Below are positions 31,222 through 41,240 of a stretch of DNA of 57,329 nucleotides, piece by piece. Made by a program: the position numbers and the translations under genes. Within the stretch, counting starts at the first letter, position 1; each line of letters starts with the position of its first letter. Under the pieces are notes generated by a model, which worked only from the letters and a program-made list of their open reading frames with translations, had not been told where the DNA came from and made no database searches. The stretch comes from Burkholderiales bacterium (GTDB taxonomy: Bacteria; Pseudomonadota; Gammaproteobacteria; Burkholderiales; SG8-41), in contig JALHND010000004.1 of NCBI GenBank assembly GCA_022843705.1, forward strand, positions 1 through 57,329, written 5' to 3'.

Positions 31222-31327
31222 GAACACTCCTTGGCGATCGGCTCTGGAAAATGAGCGGCGATTGTAGCCGAAGCATGGCCTCGCCGGAAACGCGCCGGGC
31301 CTTTGCCTCCTGGGGCTGCGGGTCTTG

Positions 31328-31373
31328 GAAAATTATATATAAGTATTTGTTTTTATTAAATATTCTATGAATG
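31328..31373 (-). repeat. AT-rich module copy (divergent cytochrome c / metY intergenic region)
   Basis: The reverse complement reads CATTCATAGAATATTTAATAAAAACAAATACTTATATATAATTTTC. Confidence 0.65.
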
Positions 31374-31446
31374 GTCGAGATACCCCGGCGCGGACCTGCT
31401 TATACTTCCATCATCACATTGAATCCCTGCATATCCCGGAGGACAG

Positions 31447-32718
31447 ATGAAAATCGACACCATTGCAGTACATGGCGGCTACCAGCCTGATCCGACCACC
31501 AAAGCGGTCGCTGTTCCGGTCTACCAGACAACCTCATATGCCTTCGACAGCACCCAGCATGCTGCCGACCTGTTCGACCTCAAGGTCCAGGGCAACATCT
31601 ATACCCGAATCATGAACCCGACCACCGACGTGCTCGAAAAGCGCGTCGCCGAAATGGAGGGCGGCATTGCCGGACTGGGCCTGGCCTCGGGCATGGCCGC
31701 GATCACCTACGCGATCATGACCATTGCCGAGGCCGGCGACAATATCGTCACCTCGAGCGCGCTCTACGGCGGCACCTACAACCTGTTTGCGCACACCTTT
31801 CCGCAGTACGGCATCGAGGTGCGCTTTGCCGATTACCGCGAACCCAGGGCCTGGCAGAAACTGATCGACGGCAAGACCAAGGCGGTGTTCTGCGAATCGG
31901 TGGGCAATCCGCTGGGCAATGTCGTCGACTTCGGCGAACTCGCGAAAATCGCCCACGAGCGCGGTGTGCCGGTAATCGTCGACAACACCGTGCCGACGCC
32001 CTATCTGTGCCGGCCTTTCGAGCATGGCGCCGACATCGTCGTGCATTCGCTGACCAAGTATCTCGGCGGCCACGGCAATTCCATCGGCGGCGCGATCGTC
32101 GACTCCGGCAACTTTCCCTGGGCCGGGCACAAGCAGAAGTTCCGCCGGCTCAACGAGCCCGACGTGTCCTACCACGGCGTGGTCTATACCGAGGCGCTGG
32201 GCGCCGCAGCCTACATCGGCCGCGCCCGCGTGGTTCCCCTGCGCAACATGGGCGCCGCGCTGTCGCCGTTCAATGCCTTCCTGATCCTGCAGGGCATCGA
32301 AACCCTGGCAGTGCGCATGGACCGCATCTGCGACAACGCGCAGGCCGTCGCCCGTCACCTGCAGGGCCATGCGAAAGTGGGCTGGGTGCGTTATGCCGGC
32401 CTGCCCGACCACCCGGACAAGCCGCTGGTCGACAAATACATGGGGGGGCGCGCCTCGGGCATTCTCAGCTTCGGCATCAAGTCCGGCAGCGCCGGCGGGG
32501 CGCGTTTCATCGACGCGCTGAAACTGGTGACGCGACTGGTCAACATCGGCGACGCGAAGTCGCTGGCCTGCCACCCTGCGAGCACCACCCACCGCCAGCT
32601 GTCGCCGCAGGAACTGGCGAGCGCCGGCGTCAGCGAGGACATGGTGCGCCTGTCGATCGGCATCGAGCACATCGACGACATCATCGCCGACCTCGAGCAG
32701 GCGCTCGCTGCCGCGTGA
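31447..32718 (+). CDS. metY: O-acetylhomoserine aminocarboxypropyltransferase (sulfhydrylase)
   Basis: [12 protein letters not shown] ... VYQTTSYAF ... [11 protein letters not shown] ... [11 protein letters not shown] (the PLP lysine). The 423-aa length is MetY-type. Confidence 0.92.
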   Translation: MKIDTIAVHGGYQPDPTTKAVAVPVYQTTSYAFDSTQHAADLFDLKVQGNIYTRIMNPTTDVLEKRVAEMEGGIAGLGLASGMAAITYAIMTIAEAGDNIVTSSALYGGTYNLFAHTFPQYGIEVRFADYREPRAWQKLIDGKTKAVFCESVGNPLGNVVDFGELAKIAHERGVPVIVDNTVPTPYLCRPFEHGADIVVHSLTKYLGGHGNSIGGAIVDSGNFPWAGHKQKFRRLNEPDVSYHGVVYTEALGAAAYIGRARVVPLRNMGAALSPFNAFLILQGIETLAVRMDRICDNAQAVARHLQGHAKVGWVRYAGLPDHPDKPLVDKYMGGRASGILSFGIKSGSAGGARFIDALKLVTRLVNIGDAKSLACHPASTTHRQLSPQELASAGVSEDMVRLSIGIEHIDDIIADLEQALAAA

Positions 32719-32727
32719 CGGCCCGGT

Positions 32728-33672
32728 TCAGTTTGAACCGCTGATGCTGTCCAGGGTTTTCCGGTAGAGCGCAGCGCGCGGGCCGCCCAGCGCCACGGCC
32801 CGCTGCGCGGCCGCCAGCGCCTCGCTCTTTCGGCCCAGCTCGAAACGGACCTGTGCCAGATTGTTCCAGGCATCCCCGGCCTGCGGATGTTGCAGGGTGG
32901 CCTCATGGTAGGCCGTTTCCGCTTCGGCCAGCCGCCCTTGTGCGTAGGCGGCATTGCCGAGACCCAGGCGCGCAATGAGGTTTGCCGGCCAGCGCAGGAG
33001 TGCGCTTGCGTATGCGCGTTGTGCGGCGGCGGGGGAACTGCGCTCCAGTGCTGCGGCCGCGGCGACATGCTCCGCTTCGGTTGCGGTGGCCGCCAGCCGG
33101 TCGGGCTGCAGCACGACCATGGCCCAGTGCCTGCTGCGTGCCCAGGTGCGTTCAAAAGTCGACAGCGACATGGCCAGCCGGCGTGTGGTGCCTGAACGCA
33201 GGATGATTTCCCCGCGTTCGCGGTCGTAACCCACGACCACGGCGTAATGCCAGACCGGCGCAAATGCCAGGGAAAGGTTCTGCAGCACGATGACCGGATT
33301 GCCGGCGGCAACTTCCAGCAGCAGGTCCTGCAGCCGGGGCGCCAGCGGATACGCCAGCAGGCCCTGGCGCCGGGTTGCGGCGAGCATCTCGGCCTGCAGC
33401 GAGCCTTCGCGTGCCGGCAGGTAGACCTGCGACACCAGGGTCTCAGGGGACACCGGCACACCCGCATGCGTCAATGCCGTGGCCAGTGCGGCCGGCCCGC
33501 ATTGATAGTCCTGCTGCGGAAAAAACGGTACCGCGACGAGTTCAGCCTGCGGCGGCAGCGCTGCCGGCGGATGTTCGAGCAGTGTCCGGACCTGGGGAGC
33601 CGCACATCCTGCAAGCAGAATCGACAGGAGCAGGACACCCGTGATCGCGGGTGTCCTGAGACTGCGCAACAC
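32728..33672 (-). CDS. PA2778-family lipoprotein cysteine peptidase (C39-like domain plus TPR repeats)
   Basis: The lipobox is LLAGC. The C39-like catalytic Cys context is QQDYQCGPAALATAL and the His context is VWHYAVVVGYD. The C-terminal TPR-like repeats include AYAQGRLAEAETAY and NLAQVRFELGR. Confidence 0.75.
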   Translation of the reverse strand: MLRSLRTPAITGVLLLSILLAGCAAPQVRTLLEHPPAALPPQAELVAVPFFPQQDYQCGPAALATALTHAGVPVSPETLVSQVYLPAREGSLQAEMLAATRRQGLLAYPLAPRLQDLLLEVAAGNPVIVLQNLSLAFAPVWHYAVVVGYDRERGEIILRSGTTRRLAMSLSTFERTWARSRHWAMVVLQPDRLAATATEAEHVAAAAALERSSPAAAQRAYASALLRWPANLIARLGLGNAAYAQGRLAEAETAYHEATLQHPQAGDAWNNLAQVRFELGRKSEALAAAQRAVALGGPRAALYRKTLDSISGSN

Positions 33673-33675
33673 CGT

Positions 33676-34053
33676 CTAGCGGACGGACCGCGTGAACGGG
33701 AAGACCTTGGTCAGGCCGAGAATGTCGGTGACCAGCAGGATGATGAAGACGGCGAACAGCACGCCGACAATGCCGGCGCCGGCGGGCAGTTGGTCGATGC
33801 GCCCTGCAAGCTCCCCGACCTCCTGGTCCGACAACGCGTCGACGCGCGCCTTTGCCGCTTCGGCATCAACACCGAAGGACTGCAGCTGTGAACGCACATC
33901 CTCCCGCTCCAGAAAACTGCGGACGCGCTCGCGTTCGGAGCTGGCATAGATCTGGTCGGTGGTGACGATATCCGCCGACGCAGGCAGCGGCAATCCGAGC
34001 GCAAAAGTGCAGACAACAAGCAGGCGGGCGATGGCGCGGTTAAAACGGTTCAT
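33676..34053 (-). CDS. PA2779-family small membrane-anchored protein
   Basis: 125 aa: a signal peptide, an acidic helical region, then the C-terminal TM helix GIVGVLFAVFIILLVTDILGL followed by TKVFPFTRSVR. The gene lies directly upstream of the PA2778-like peptidase, with a 3-nt gap. Confidence 0.7.
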   Translation of the reverse strand: MNRFNRAIARLLVVCTFALGLPLPASADIVTTDQIYASSERERVRSFLEREDVRSQLQSFGVDAEAAKARVDALSDQEVGELAGRIDQLPAGAGIVGVLFAVFIILLVTDILGLTKVFPFTRSVR

Positions 34054-34153
34054 AGGGTAGCTCCTTGTGAGGTTGACACGGAATCTCAGGCATTACCCCC
34101 GGGCGACGGAATATCTTGTTGTGTGGTTCCGGTTTTGTTTGAGGTCGCCGCTC

Positions 34154-34189
34154 GGCCGGAGCGGATCACTGGCGCGATCCGCTCCGGCC
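34154..34189. other. 14-bp perfect GC-rich hairpin in a 210-bp intergenic spacer
   Basis: GGCCGGAGCGGATC-ACTGGCGC-GATCCGCTCCGGCC. No U-tract follows on either strand. Confidence 0.6.
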
Positions 34190-34263
34190 TGGCCTGCAGT
34201 TTACCTGCATTGCCGACGCAGCGCAGCCATGCCACGGCGTCGCGGATGCTGCACGCTGCGTAC

Positions 34264-34908
34264 TCAGGTCCAGCGCACGGTGTCGGCGCGGTCTTCGGCC
34301 TGGAGCAGGGTGGTGGTGTAGACCCAGGTGGCGTCGCAGAGATCGTAGCGCCGGCTCAGCTGGCGGCGCACTTCGTTCTCTGCTTCACCCGCGGGTATCT
34401 TGGAGCGCTCCCACATTGCGAGGTCGGGCCGGCGGGTGATCATCAGCGCGCTCGCGCGTCCGGGTTTATCGTCGACGCAGCGCCACAGGCCTATGACCTG
34501 TGAGTCGTAGGCGGCTTCGAATCCCGGCCAGGCGGCCGCGCACAGCGACAGGAACTCCGTCCAGTGCGCGTCCGGCAGTTCGAACCAGCGGAAGGCGTAG
34601 TTGCCCTGGCGCCGCGGCGGCTGCGGCGATTCGGGGCGCAGCGTCGCCCGCATCGGACGGCTGCGGATCTGGCGCAGGTTTTCCACGCCGCGCATCAGTT
34701 CTTCGGCGATGCCGGCATCGCCGGCCGAAGGCCAGACGGTGATCGCGTTCAGTTCGTCACGGGGGCAACCGATTTGCGAGCGCCAGACGCCAAACAGCGC
34801 GCCGCCGCGCCCGGCCCAGTGAAGGCGGCCAAGTTCATCGGCCACCGTGGCAAAGGTCCGCGGGGCGCAGCTGATCGAGTGATGGACGTAAATCAGGGTG
34901 TCCGCCAT
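34264..34908 (-). CDS. Hypothetical protein with an internal two-fold repeat (possibly NIPSNAP / dimeric alpha-beta-barrel-like)
   Basis: 214 aa with G/C-ending codons. There are two similar halves (ALFGVWRSQIG ... AITVWPS and QVIGLWRCVDD ... LMITRRPDLAMWE). The family assignment is tentative. Confidence 0.55.
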   Translation of the reverse strand: MADTLIYVHHSISCAPRTFATVADELGRLHWAGRGGALFGVWRSQIGCPRDELNAITVWPSAGDAGIAEELMRGVENLRQIRSRPMRATLRPESPQPPRRQGNYAFRWFELPDAHWTEFLSLCAAAWPGFEAAYDSQVIGLWRCVDDKPGRASALMITRRPDLAMWERSKIPAGEAENEVRRQLSRRYDLCDATWVYTTTLLQAEDRADTVRWT

Positions 34909-34935
34909 GGTCCTGCGCCTCGGGCTCCTGCGCGA

Positions 34936-36609
34936 TCAGTCGGTGACCGCGCCCTTGCTGGCGGTGGAAACCAGCCGCGCGAACTTGGCCAGCGCGCCGC
35001 GGGTGTAACGCGGCTTCGGCTGTTTCCATTTTTTCCTGCGCGCCGCGAGCTCCTTCGCCGGGACGTTGAGCTGGATCAGCCGCTTGATGGCGTCGATGGT
35101 GATCGAATCGCCTTCCTTGACCAGCGCGATCGGCCCCCCCTCGAAGGCCTCCGGCGCGACGTGGCCGACGACCATGCCCCAGGTGCCGCCGGAGAAACGG
35201 CCGTCGGTGATCAGTCCGACCGATTCGCCAAGACCCTGGCCGATCAGCGCGCCGGTGGGCGCCAGCATCTCCTGCATGCCGGGACCGCCCTTCGGTCCTT
35301 CGTAGCGGATGACGACGACGTCGCCGGCCTTGATCTTCTTCGCCATGATCGCCTTCATGCAGGCCACTTCGGAATCGAAGACGCGGGCGGGGCCGGTGAT
35401 CTTCGGTGATTTCAGACCGGTGATCTTGGCGACGCAGCCTTCGGGGGCAAGGTTGCCCTTGAGGATCGCGAGATGGCCCTGTTTGTACATCGGGTTGGAC
35501 CACGGCCGGATCACGTCCTGGTCGGCACGCGGCGTGTCGGGCACGTTTTTCAGTTCCTGCGCCAGCGTTTTGCCGGTGATGGTCAGGCAGTCGCCGTGGA
35601 GCAGGCCTTGTTTCAGCAACATCTTCAGCACCTGCGGCACACCGCCGGCGCGGTGGAAATCGACCGCGACATAACGCCCCGAAGGCTTGAGGTCGCAGAG
35701 CACCGGCACCTTCTTGCGCACGCGCTCGAAGTCGTCGATGGTCCATTTGACCTGCGCCGCGTGGGCGATCGCGAGGTAGTGCAGCACCGCGTTGGTCGAG
35801 CCGCCGGTGGCCATGATCAGCGCCACCGCGTTTTCGATCGACTTGCGGGTGACGATGTCGCGCGGCTTGATGTCCTGTTTGATCGCGTTGACCAGCACGC
35901 GCGCCGATTCGGCGGCGGAGTCGGCCTTTTCCGGGTCGGGCGAGGCCATCTGCGAGGAACCGAGCACGCTCATGCCCAGCGCTTCGAAGGACGAGGACAT
36001 CGTGTTCGCGGTGTACATGCCGCCACAGGCGCCGACCGAGGGACAGGCGTTTTTCTCGATGCCGATGAAATCCTCGTCGCTCATCTTGCCGGCGGCGTAG
36101 GAGCCTACCGCCTCGAAGGCGCTGACGATGGTCAGGTCCTGGCCCTTCCAGCGGCCCGGCTTGATGGTGCCGGCGTAGACGTAGATGCCGGGCACGTTCA
36201 TGCGCAGCATCGCGATCATGCCGCCGGGCATGTTCTTGTCGCAGCCGCCGCAGACCAGCACGCCGTCCATGGCCTGGCCGTTGACCGCGGTCTCGATGCA
36301 GTCGGCGATGACTTCGCGCGACACCAGCGAGTATTTCATCGCCTCGGTGCCCATGCCGATGCCGTCGGTGATGGTCGGCACGCCGAAGACCTGCGGCATC
36401 GCGCCGGCGGACTTCAATTCGGCGATTGCGCGGTCGACCAGCGGCTGGATGCCGGCATTGCAGGGGTTCATCGTCGAGTGGCCGTTGGCGACGCCGACGA
36501 TGGGTTTGTCGAAGTCGCCGTCGCCGAAACCGACGGCGCGCAGCATCGCGCGGTTGGGCGAGCGGGCGACGCCGGCGGTGATCAGCTGGCTGCGTTTGTT
36601 GAGCGGCAT
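34936..36609 (-). CDS. ilvD: Dihydroxy-acid dehydratase
   Basis: [28 protein letters not shown] ... [10 protein letters not shown] ... CDKNMPG ... [12 protein letters not shown] ... [11 protein letters not shown] are IlvD/Edd signatures. The start is set at ATG 36609. Confidence 0.94.
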   Translation of the reverse strand: MPLNKRSQLITAGVARSPNRAMLRAVGFGDGDFDKPIVGVANGHSTMNPCNAGIQPLVDRAIAELKSAGAMPQVFGVPTITDGIGMGTEAMKYSLVSREVIADCIETAVNGQAMDGVLVCGGCDKNMPGGMIAMLRMNVPGIYVYAGTIKPGRWKGQDLTIVSAFEAVGSYAAGKMSDEDFIGIEKNACPSVGACGGMYTANTMSSSFEALGMSVLGSSQMASPDPEKADSAAESARVLVNAIKQDIKPRDIVTRKSIENAVALIMATGGSTNAVLHYLAIAHAAQVKWTIDDFERVRKKVPVLCDLKPSGRYVAVDFHRAGGVPQVLKMLLKQGLLHGDCLTITGKTLAQELKNVPDTPRADQDVIRPWSNPMYKQGHLAILKGNLAPEGCVAKITGLKSPKITGPARVFDSEVACMKAIMAKKIKAGDVVVIRYEGPKGGPGMQEMLAPTGALIGQGLGESVGLITDGRFSGGTWGMVVGHVAPEAFEGGPIALVKEGDSITIDAIKRLIQLNVPAKELAARRKKWKQPKPRYTRGALAKFARLVSTASKGAVTD

Positions 36610-36709
36610 GGTTGTTCTCCGTTGGGCCGGCGGCGGCCATCCGGTGATGGCGGCCGGGCGGGCCACGTATAATGAGCGCAATATTTTATCGCATCCTCCC
36701 GCCTTCCCC

Positions 36710-37495
36710 ATGTTCGTTCATCCCCAGTTTGACCCGATTGCCCTGCAGCTCGGGCCCGTGGCCCTGCGCTGGTACGGCCTGATGTACCTGCTCGGCTTCG
36801 CGCTGATCTGGCTGGTCGGCCGTTACCGCATCGACCGCAACCCGGGCGGCGGCTGGGTGCGCAATGACCTCGACGACGTGTTGTTCTACGGCATCGTCGG
36901 CACCATACTCGGCGGCCGGCTCGGTTACGTGCTGTTCTACAAGTTTGGCGACTATCTCGCGGCGCCGTGGAAGGTGTTCTACGTCTGGGAGGGCGGCATG
37001 TCCTTCCACGGCGGCTTCCTCGGCGTGGTGATCGCGATGATTTTGTTTGCGCGCAGCCGCCGCCGCGACTGGCTGCAGATCACCGACTTCATCGCGCCGC
37101 TGGTGCCGCTGGGGCTGGCCGCCGGGCGGATGGGCAATTTCATCAATGCCGAACTGTGGGGGCGTCCGGCCGAAGTGCCCTGGGCGATGGTGTTTCCGAA
37201 CGTCGATGGCGTGGCGCGCCACCCGTCCCAGCTCTACGAATTTGCGCTGGAAGGCGTCGTGCTGTTCGTGATCCTGTGGTGGTTCACGCTGAAGCCACGC
37301 CCCCGCGGCGCGGCCTCGGCGCTGTTCCTGATCGGTTACGGCGTGTTCCGCTTCGGCGTTGAATACACCCGCGAACCCGACAGCTTCCTCGGTTTCCTGG
37401 CGCTGGGACTGACCATGGGTCAGTGGCTGTCGCTGCCGATGGTGCTTGCAGGGGCCGGGCTGCTGGCCTGGGCGTGGAAACGCCCGCCGGCCTAA
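36710..37495 (+). CDS. lgt: Prolipoprotein diacylglyceryl transferase
   Basis: [13 protein letters not shown] ... [10 protein letters not shown] ... [11 protein letters not shown] ... [14 protein letters not shown] ... HPSQLYE are Lgt signatures. Confidence 0.93.
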   Translation: MFVHPQFDPIALQLGPVALRWYGLMYLLGFALIWLVGRYRIDRNPGGGWVRNDLDDVLFYGIVGTILGGRLGYVLFYKFGDYLAAPWKVFYVWEGGMSFHGGFLGVVIAMILFARSRRRDWLQITDFIAPLVPLGLAAGRMGNFINAELWGRPAEVPWAMVFPNVDGVARHPSQLYEFALEGVVLFVILWWFTLKPRPRGAASALFLIGYGVFRFGVEYTREPDSFLGFLALGLTMGQWLSLPMVLAGAGLLAWAWKRPPA

Positions 37496-38271
37496 TTCAG
37501 TTTCTTGGGATCGACTTTCCGGCCCTGGCCGTCCCCCGCCCGTCGCGCGGCGCGGCGGTCGAGCAGGCGCTGGAAGTTGTCCAGCGACAGCAGGTGGGCA
37601 TAGATGCGGGACAGCATGCCGTTCTGTGCCAGCTGCTGCAGCCGGTCTCCCGGCAGGGCCTGCAGCTTTGTTTCCGACACGCGGTGCATGCCGGTCAGCG
37701 TGATCGGTGATTCACCGGTCGGCGCCGCCTGCGCCGAAAACGGCTCCAGCAGCTGGAGGTCCTTCAGCGTGCGGCACATCTCCTCGGTGCGCGCGAGATC
37801 CGCCTCGAATTCGAACAGCAGCTTGCTCAGTCGCTGCCACACCGGCAGGGCTTCACCCTTGTCGTCGTACAGTGCTTCGCCCCTGGCTTTCAACGCGCGT
37901 TTCTCGACGCAGGCGACACGCTCCGCCTGTTCCTGCCCGTCGACGGTGACGCGGGTCATGCAGAAGGGGTAACGGCGCACGTAGGCGGGCAGGTAGGCCT
38001 GCGCATCCCAGGTGTCGTCCGCGGTGACGAAAAGATTCTGCTGCGGTTCGACGCCGAGGATGGCCATCGCGACAAAGCTGGCGCCGCCGTCCCCGGAAAT
38101 GAAGGTGATCGGGTAATCGCGCACGGCCACTGCCAGTTCGGCGAAGGACAGGGGCAGTGCAGTGAGGTTGCGGAACAACACCGGCAGCCGCCTTTCCCCG
38201 GGCAGCAGCACCCGGTGGGTCTTGCTGAGCGGGACGATTTCCTGGTAACCGTAGGGCGGTTTGATATCCAT
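37492..38271 (-). CDS. SapC-family protein
   Basis: The 259-aa product has [19 protein letters not shown] ... [12 protein letters not shown], characteristic of the SapC family. The start is set at ATG 38271, because the longer ORF runs across tRNA-Ala. Confidence 0.7.
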   Translation of the reverse strand: MDIKPPYGYQEIVPLSKTHRVLLPGERRLPVLFRNLTALPLSFAELAVAVRDYPITFISGDGGASFVAMAILGVEPQQNLFVTADDTWDAQAYLPAYVRRYPFCMTRVTVDGQEQAERVACVEKRALKARGEALYDDKGEALPVWQRLSKLLFEFEADLARTEEMCRTLKDLQLLEPFSAQAAPTGESPITLTGMHRVSETKLQALPGDRLQQLAQNGMLSRIYAHLLSLDNFQRLLDRRAARRAGDGQGRKVDPKKLN

Positions 38272-38335
38272 GGCGGGCTTCGTTGTTCCGGAATCCGGCC
38301 GATTATATCTGCCCGCCCCGCGGCGGCAGGCTGAT

Positions 38336-38364
38336 TTGCCGCCTGCACGGCAAGCGGGTAAAAT
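38336..38364 (+). promoter_or_regulatory. Candidate sigma70 promoter of tRNA-Ala
   Basis: TTGCCG-17 nt-TAAAAT is followed by the GC-rich discriminator CCGCCCC, about 15 nt before the mature tRNA 5' end. Confidence 0.45.
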
Positions 38365-38378
38365 CCGCCCCTCTTTTA

Positions 38379-38454
<76 letters not shown>

Positions 38455-38489
38455 AAACAAAAAAGCCGGCGCATGCGCCGGCTTTTTTA
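38455..38489. terminator. Bidirectional intrinsic terminator
   Basis: AAAAAA-AGCCGGCGCATGCGCCGGCT-TTTTTT is a perfect 20-nt palindrome flanked by A- and T-tracts. It serves tRNA-Ala on the + strand and the DUF2062 gene on the - strand. Confidence 0.8.
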
Positions 38490-39050
38490 TGGCCGCTCCT
38501 GCCGCCGCCGCGGCACTTGCCGGAGGCTGCGCCGGCGCCAGCGGCGTGCAGTCCGCCAGCGCCACAGCCAGTCAATGACAAAGTAGGTCAGCATACCGAT
38601 TGAAAAGGCCATCACCGCAAGCCCGGTGAGCAGCGGCTTGCCCAGTGCCTTGATGCGCTCGAGCAGCGTCCTGTCTTCGGCGCCGTCCTCCACAGGCAGT
38701 GAATCTCCGGACGGCGGCAGCGTAGTGTCGCCGGTGATCCAGCTGCCGAGTTTGTAGGCGGCGAAATAAACCGGGCCGAAGGTCACGGGATTGGTCACCA
38801 GTGTGCTCGCCGCTGCTGCCGGCAGGTTGGCGCGCAGGATGATGGCTGCCGCCGCAGTCAGCGGAATCTGCGCCAGCGGAATCAGCAGACCGAAAAAAAT
38901 GCCGAGCGCGACGCCGAGTGCAACGCCGCGGCGCGACCATTGCCACAGGCGCGGATGCCCCAGCCACGGCGCGAGCCAGCGCAGCCAGCGGTTATTCTCG
39001 AGTTTCTCCCGCGTGGGCAGCAGCCCGCGCAGGCGTTTGTTTCGGGCCAT
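38487..39050 (-). CDS. DUF2062-family membrane protein
   Basis: RWLRWLAPWLGHPRLWQWSRRGVALGVALGIFFGLLIP ... NPVTFGPVYFAAYKLG is the typical DUF2062 layout, with a basic C-terminal tail. Confidence 0.7.
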   Translation of the reverse strand: MARNKRLRGLLPTREKLENNRWLRWLAPWLGHPRLWQWSRRGVALGVALGIFFGLLIPLAQIPLTAAAAIILRANLPAAAASTLVTNPVTFGPVYFAAYKLGSWITGDTTLPPSGDSLPVEDGAEDRTLLERIKALGKPLLTGLAVMAFSIGMLTYFVIDWLWRWRTARRWRRRSLRQVPRRRQERP

Positions 39051-39077
39051 GGGCCGGGTCTGACGGTGTTTCGGGGA

Positions 39078-39905
39078 TTATCGGGCGGACCGGCTCTCCA
39101 GCGCGTGACGCAGTTCCTGCAGCTCGATCCGCATGGCGCGGATTTCTTCGTGCAGTGCGGCTTCCGGCGTTGGCGCTGCGTTTTTGTCCTTGATCTCGAC
39201 CTCGTGTTCGGCCTGGATCGCGTTGACGATCACCGCGATGAACAGGTTGAGCATGGTGAAGGTCGAGATCAGGATGAACAGCACGAAGAATATCCAGGCC
39301 TGCGGAAACGCCTCGATCACCGGCCTCGCGATGCCCATCGACCAGCTCTCCAGCGTCATCACCTGGAACAGGGTGTAGGCGCTGCTGCCCAGGGTGCCGA
39401 ACCATTCCGGAAACTGGGCCCCGAAGAGTTTGGTGGCGATCACCGACGCGACATAAAAAATGATCGACAGGATGCCGAACACCGAGGCGAGCCCCGGAAT
39501 CGCCGCCAGCAGTCCGCCGACCACGCGCCGCATGTTGGGTACCATGGTCAGCAGGCGCAGCACCCTCAGCACCCGCAGGGCGCGCAGCACCGCGAAGGGG
39601 CCGGTGGCCGGCAGCAGCGCGATGGCGATGACGATGAAATCAAACACGCTCCACGGATCGCGGAAAAAGCGCCAGCCATGGGCGAAAAGGCGGATCACCA
39701 GTTCGATCACGAACACCGCGAGGATGGCCTGGTCGAGCCGCATCAGCAGTCCGCCCCAGTTGGCCATCACGGTCGGGCTGGTTTCGAGGCCGAGGATCAC
39801 GGCATTGACCAGGATCAGCGCGATGATCAGGCTTTGCGCATGGGGCGCTTCGATGCTCGCGGCCAGCTTGGCGCGCGTATTCGGGGATTCTGCTTGTGAG
39901 GTCAT
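39078..39905 (-). CDS. Bacterial voltage-gated sodium channel (BacNaV / NaChBac family)
   Basis: Six TM segments. S4 carries Arg at every third position (RALRVLRVLRLLTMVPNMRR). The selectivity filter is FQVMTLESWSMGI and there is a C-terminal coiled coil. The start is set at MTSQAES (ATG 39905). Confidence 0.85.
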   Translation of the reverse strand: MTSQAESPNTRAKLAASIEAPHAQSLIIALILVNAVILGLETSPTVMANWGGLLMRLDQAILAVFVIELVIRLFAHGWRFFRDPWSVFDFIVIAIALLPATGPFAVLRALRVLRVLRLLTMVPNMRRVVGGLLAAIPGLASVFGILSIIFYVASVIATKLFGAQFPEWFGTLGSSAYTLFQVMTLESWSMGIARPVIEAFPQAWIFFVLFILISTFTMLNLFIAVIVNAIQAEHEVEIKDKNAAPTPEAALHEEIRAMRIELQELRHALESRSAR

Positions 39906-40034
39906 GGTTTCCGTAAGGGGAAATAAAAAGCGGGATTGTGCGGTACTTCGACGGCCTGCGTGCCGGTTTCGCATGGTGTTGCAGACCGTAGCCGCAGCGA
40001 CTGCGATTCGGTAAGCTATCCGGACGCAGGCCCT

Positions 40035-40076
40035 CTATAAAAATATTCAATAAAATCAAATACTTAAAACATATCT
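40035..40076 (+). repeat. AT-rich module copy (divergent BacNaV / acyl-CoA dehydrogenase intergenic region)
   Basis: CTATAAAAATATTCAATAAAATCAAATACTTAAAACATATCT contains AATCAAATACTTA, an exact match to the E. coli IHF core WATCAANNNNTTR. Confidence 0.65.
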
Positions 40077-40097
40077 CCCTTCGGACAGGCAAGCACG

Positions 40098-41240
40098 ATG
40101 AATGAACACGGCATGGATCATGGGGCGTTGCTGGCGCAGAGCGTCGGCGATTTTGTGCAGCACGGCGCGGATCTGCCGCGGGTGCGCGCGCTGGCACAGG
40201 GCCGCGCCGAATTCGATGCCGCGCAGTGGCGCCAGCTGGCCGAACTGGGCTGGCTCGGCGTGCTGGTGCCGGAATCCTGCGGCGGATTGGGTCTGGGCCT
40301 CGCCGAGGCGGCGATTGTTGCCGAGGGTCTCGGCCGCGCACTGACGCCGGAACCTTATACTGCCGTTGCCGTGCTGGCGGCGCGGACGCTGGAAGGCGCT
40401 GCCGCATCACCGCTGCGCGAAGAATTGCTGGCCGGCCTGGCCGCCGGTTCGCGCCTGCCGGTGCTGGCCTGGCAGGAACAGCCTGATGATTTCGGCGGAC
40501 TGCAACTGGCAACAACAGCGATGCCCTTCGAGGGCGGCTTCCGCGTCAGCGGCGAAAAAAGTTTTGTGGTCGGCGCCGCTGCGGCCGACGGTTATGTCGT
40601 CAGCGCGCTGGCCGGCGGCGAACTGCAGCTGCTGTGGATTCCGCGCGATGCCGGCGGCTGCAGCACGGCCGCGCAGCCGCTCGCCGACGGCCGCAGTTAT
40701 GGCCGCCTTGCGCTGCGCGACGTCGTGGTGCCGCGCGAACATCTGCTGGCTTCGGGTGCCGCAGCGCGTGCTGCGCTCGACCGCGCGCTGGACCATGCAG
40801 CGACGGTGACGGCCGCCGAACTCTGCGGCGTGATGAAGCGGGCGCATGAAATGAGCCTTGATTACATGAAGACGCGGGTGCAGTTCGGCAAACCCATCGG
40901 CAGTTTCCAGGCCTTGCAGCACCGCGCAGTTGACCTGCACATCCAGCAGGAACTGGCCGACGCCGTGTTGCGTGAAGTGGTCGCCGAACTGGATGCCGGC
41001 CCCGATCCGGCGGCACGCGCGCGGGCCGCGAGCCGCGCCAAGTCGCGCTGTGCCGAGGCCGCGCTGGCGATCACCCGCGCCGCGATCCAGTTCCATGGCG
41101 CGATCGGCTTCACCGAGGACTGCGATGTCGGGCTGTATGCCAAACGCGCGATGACACTGTCGGCCTGGCTCGGCAACGGCCGCGCTCATCGCGCGCGTTA
41201 TGCGCGGCTTTCGGCGCCCGCCGCCCGGGAGGCCGCATGA
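40098..41240 (+). CDS. Acyl-CoA dehydrogenase-family protein (likely non-catalytic partner subunit)
   Basis: ACAD fold (WRQLAELGWLGVLVPE ... RVQFGKPIGSFQALQHR ... IQFHGAIGFTED), but the C-terminal YEG-type catalytic segment is absent. Overlap-coupled to the next ACAD gene (ATGA). Confidence 0.8.
   Translation: MNEHGMDHGALLAQSVGDFVQHGADLPRVRALAQGRAEFDAAQWRQLAELGWLGVLVPESCGGLGLGLAEAAIVAEGLGRALTPEPYTAVAVLAARTLEGAAASPLREELLAGLAAGSRLPVLAWQEQPDDFGGLQLATTAMPFEGGFRVSGEKSFVVGAAAADGYVVSALAGGELQLLWIPRDAGGCSTAAQPLADGRSYGRLALRDVVVPREHLLASGAAARAALDRALDHAATVTAAELCGVMKRAHEMSLDYMKTRVQFGKPIGSFQALQHRAVDLHIQQELADAVLREVVAELDAGPDPAARARAASRAKSRCAEAALAITRAAIQFHGAIGFTEDCDVGLYAKRAMTLSAWLGNGRAHRARYARLSAPAAREAA

Noticed and set aside
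31228-31446. SAM-type riboswitch or other leader RNA upstream of metY
   Set aside because: I could not find conserved SAM-I, SAM-II or SAM/SAH motifs or a pseudoknot-capable arrangement. The region is dominated by the AT-rich module instead. An Rfam scan would settle it.
34835-36640. 601-aa minus-strand ORF in an alternative frame of ilvD
   Set aside because: It is on the same strand as ilvD but out of frame. Its product is extremely Arg/Pro/Gly-rich, whereas the ilvD frame carries the full dehydratase signatures.
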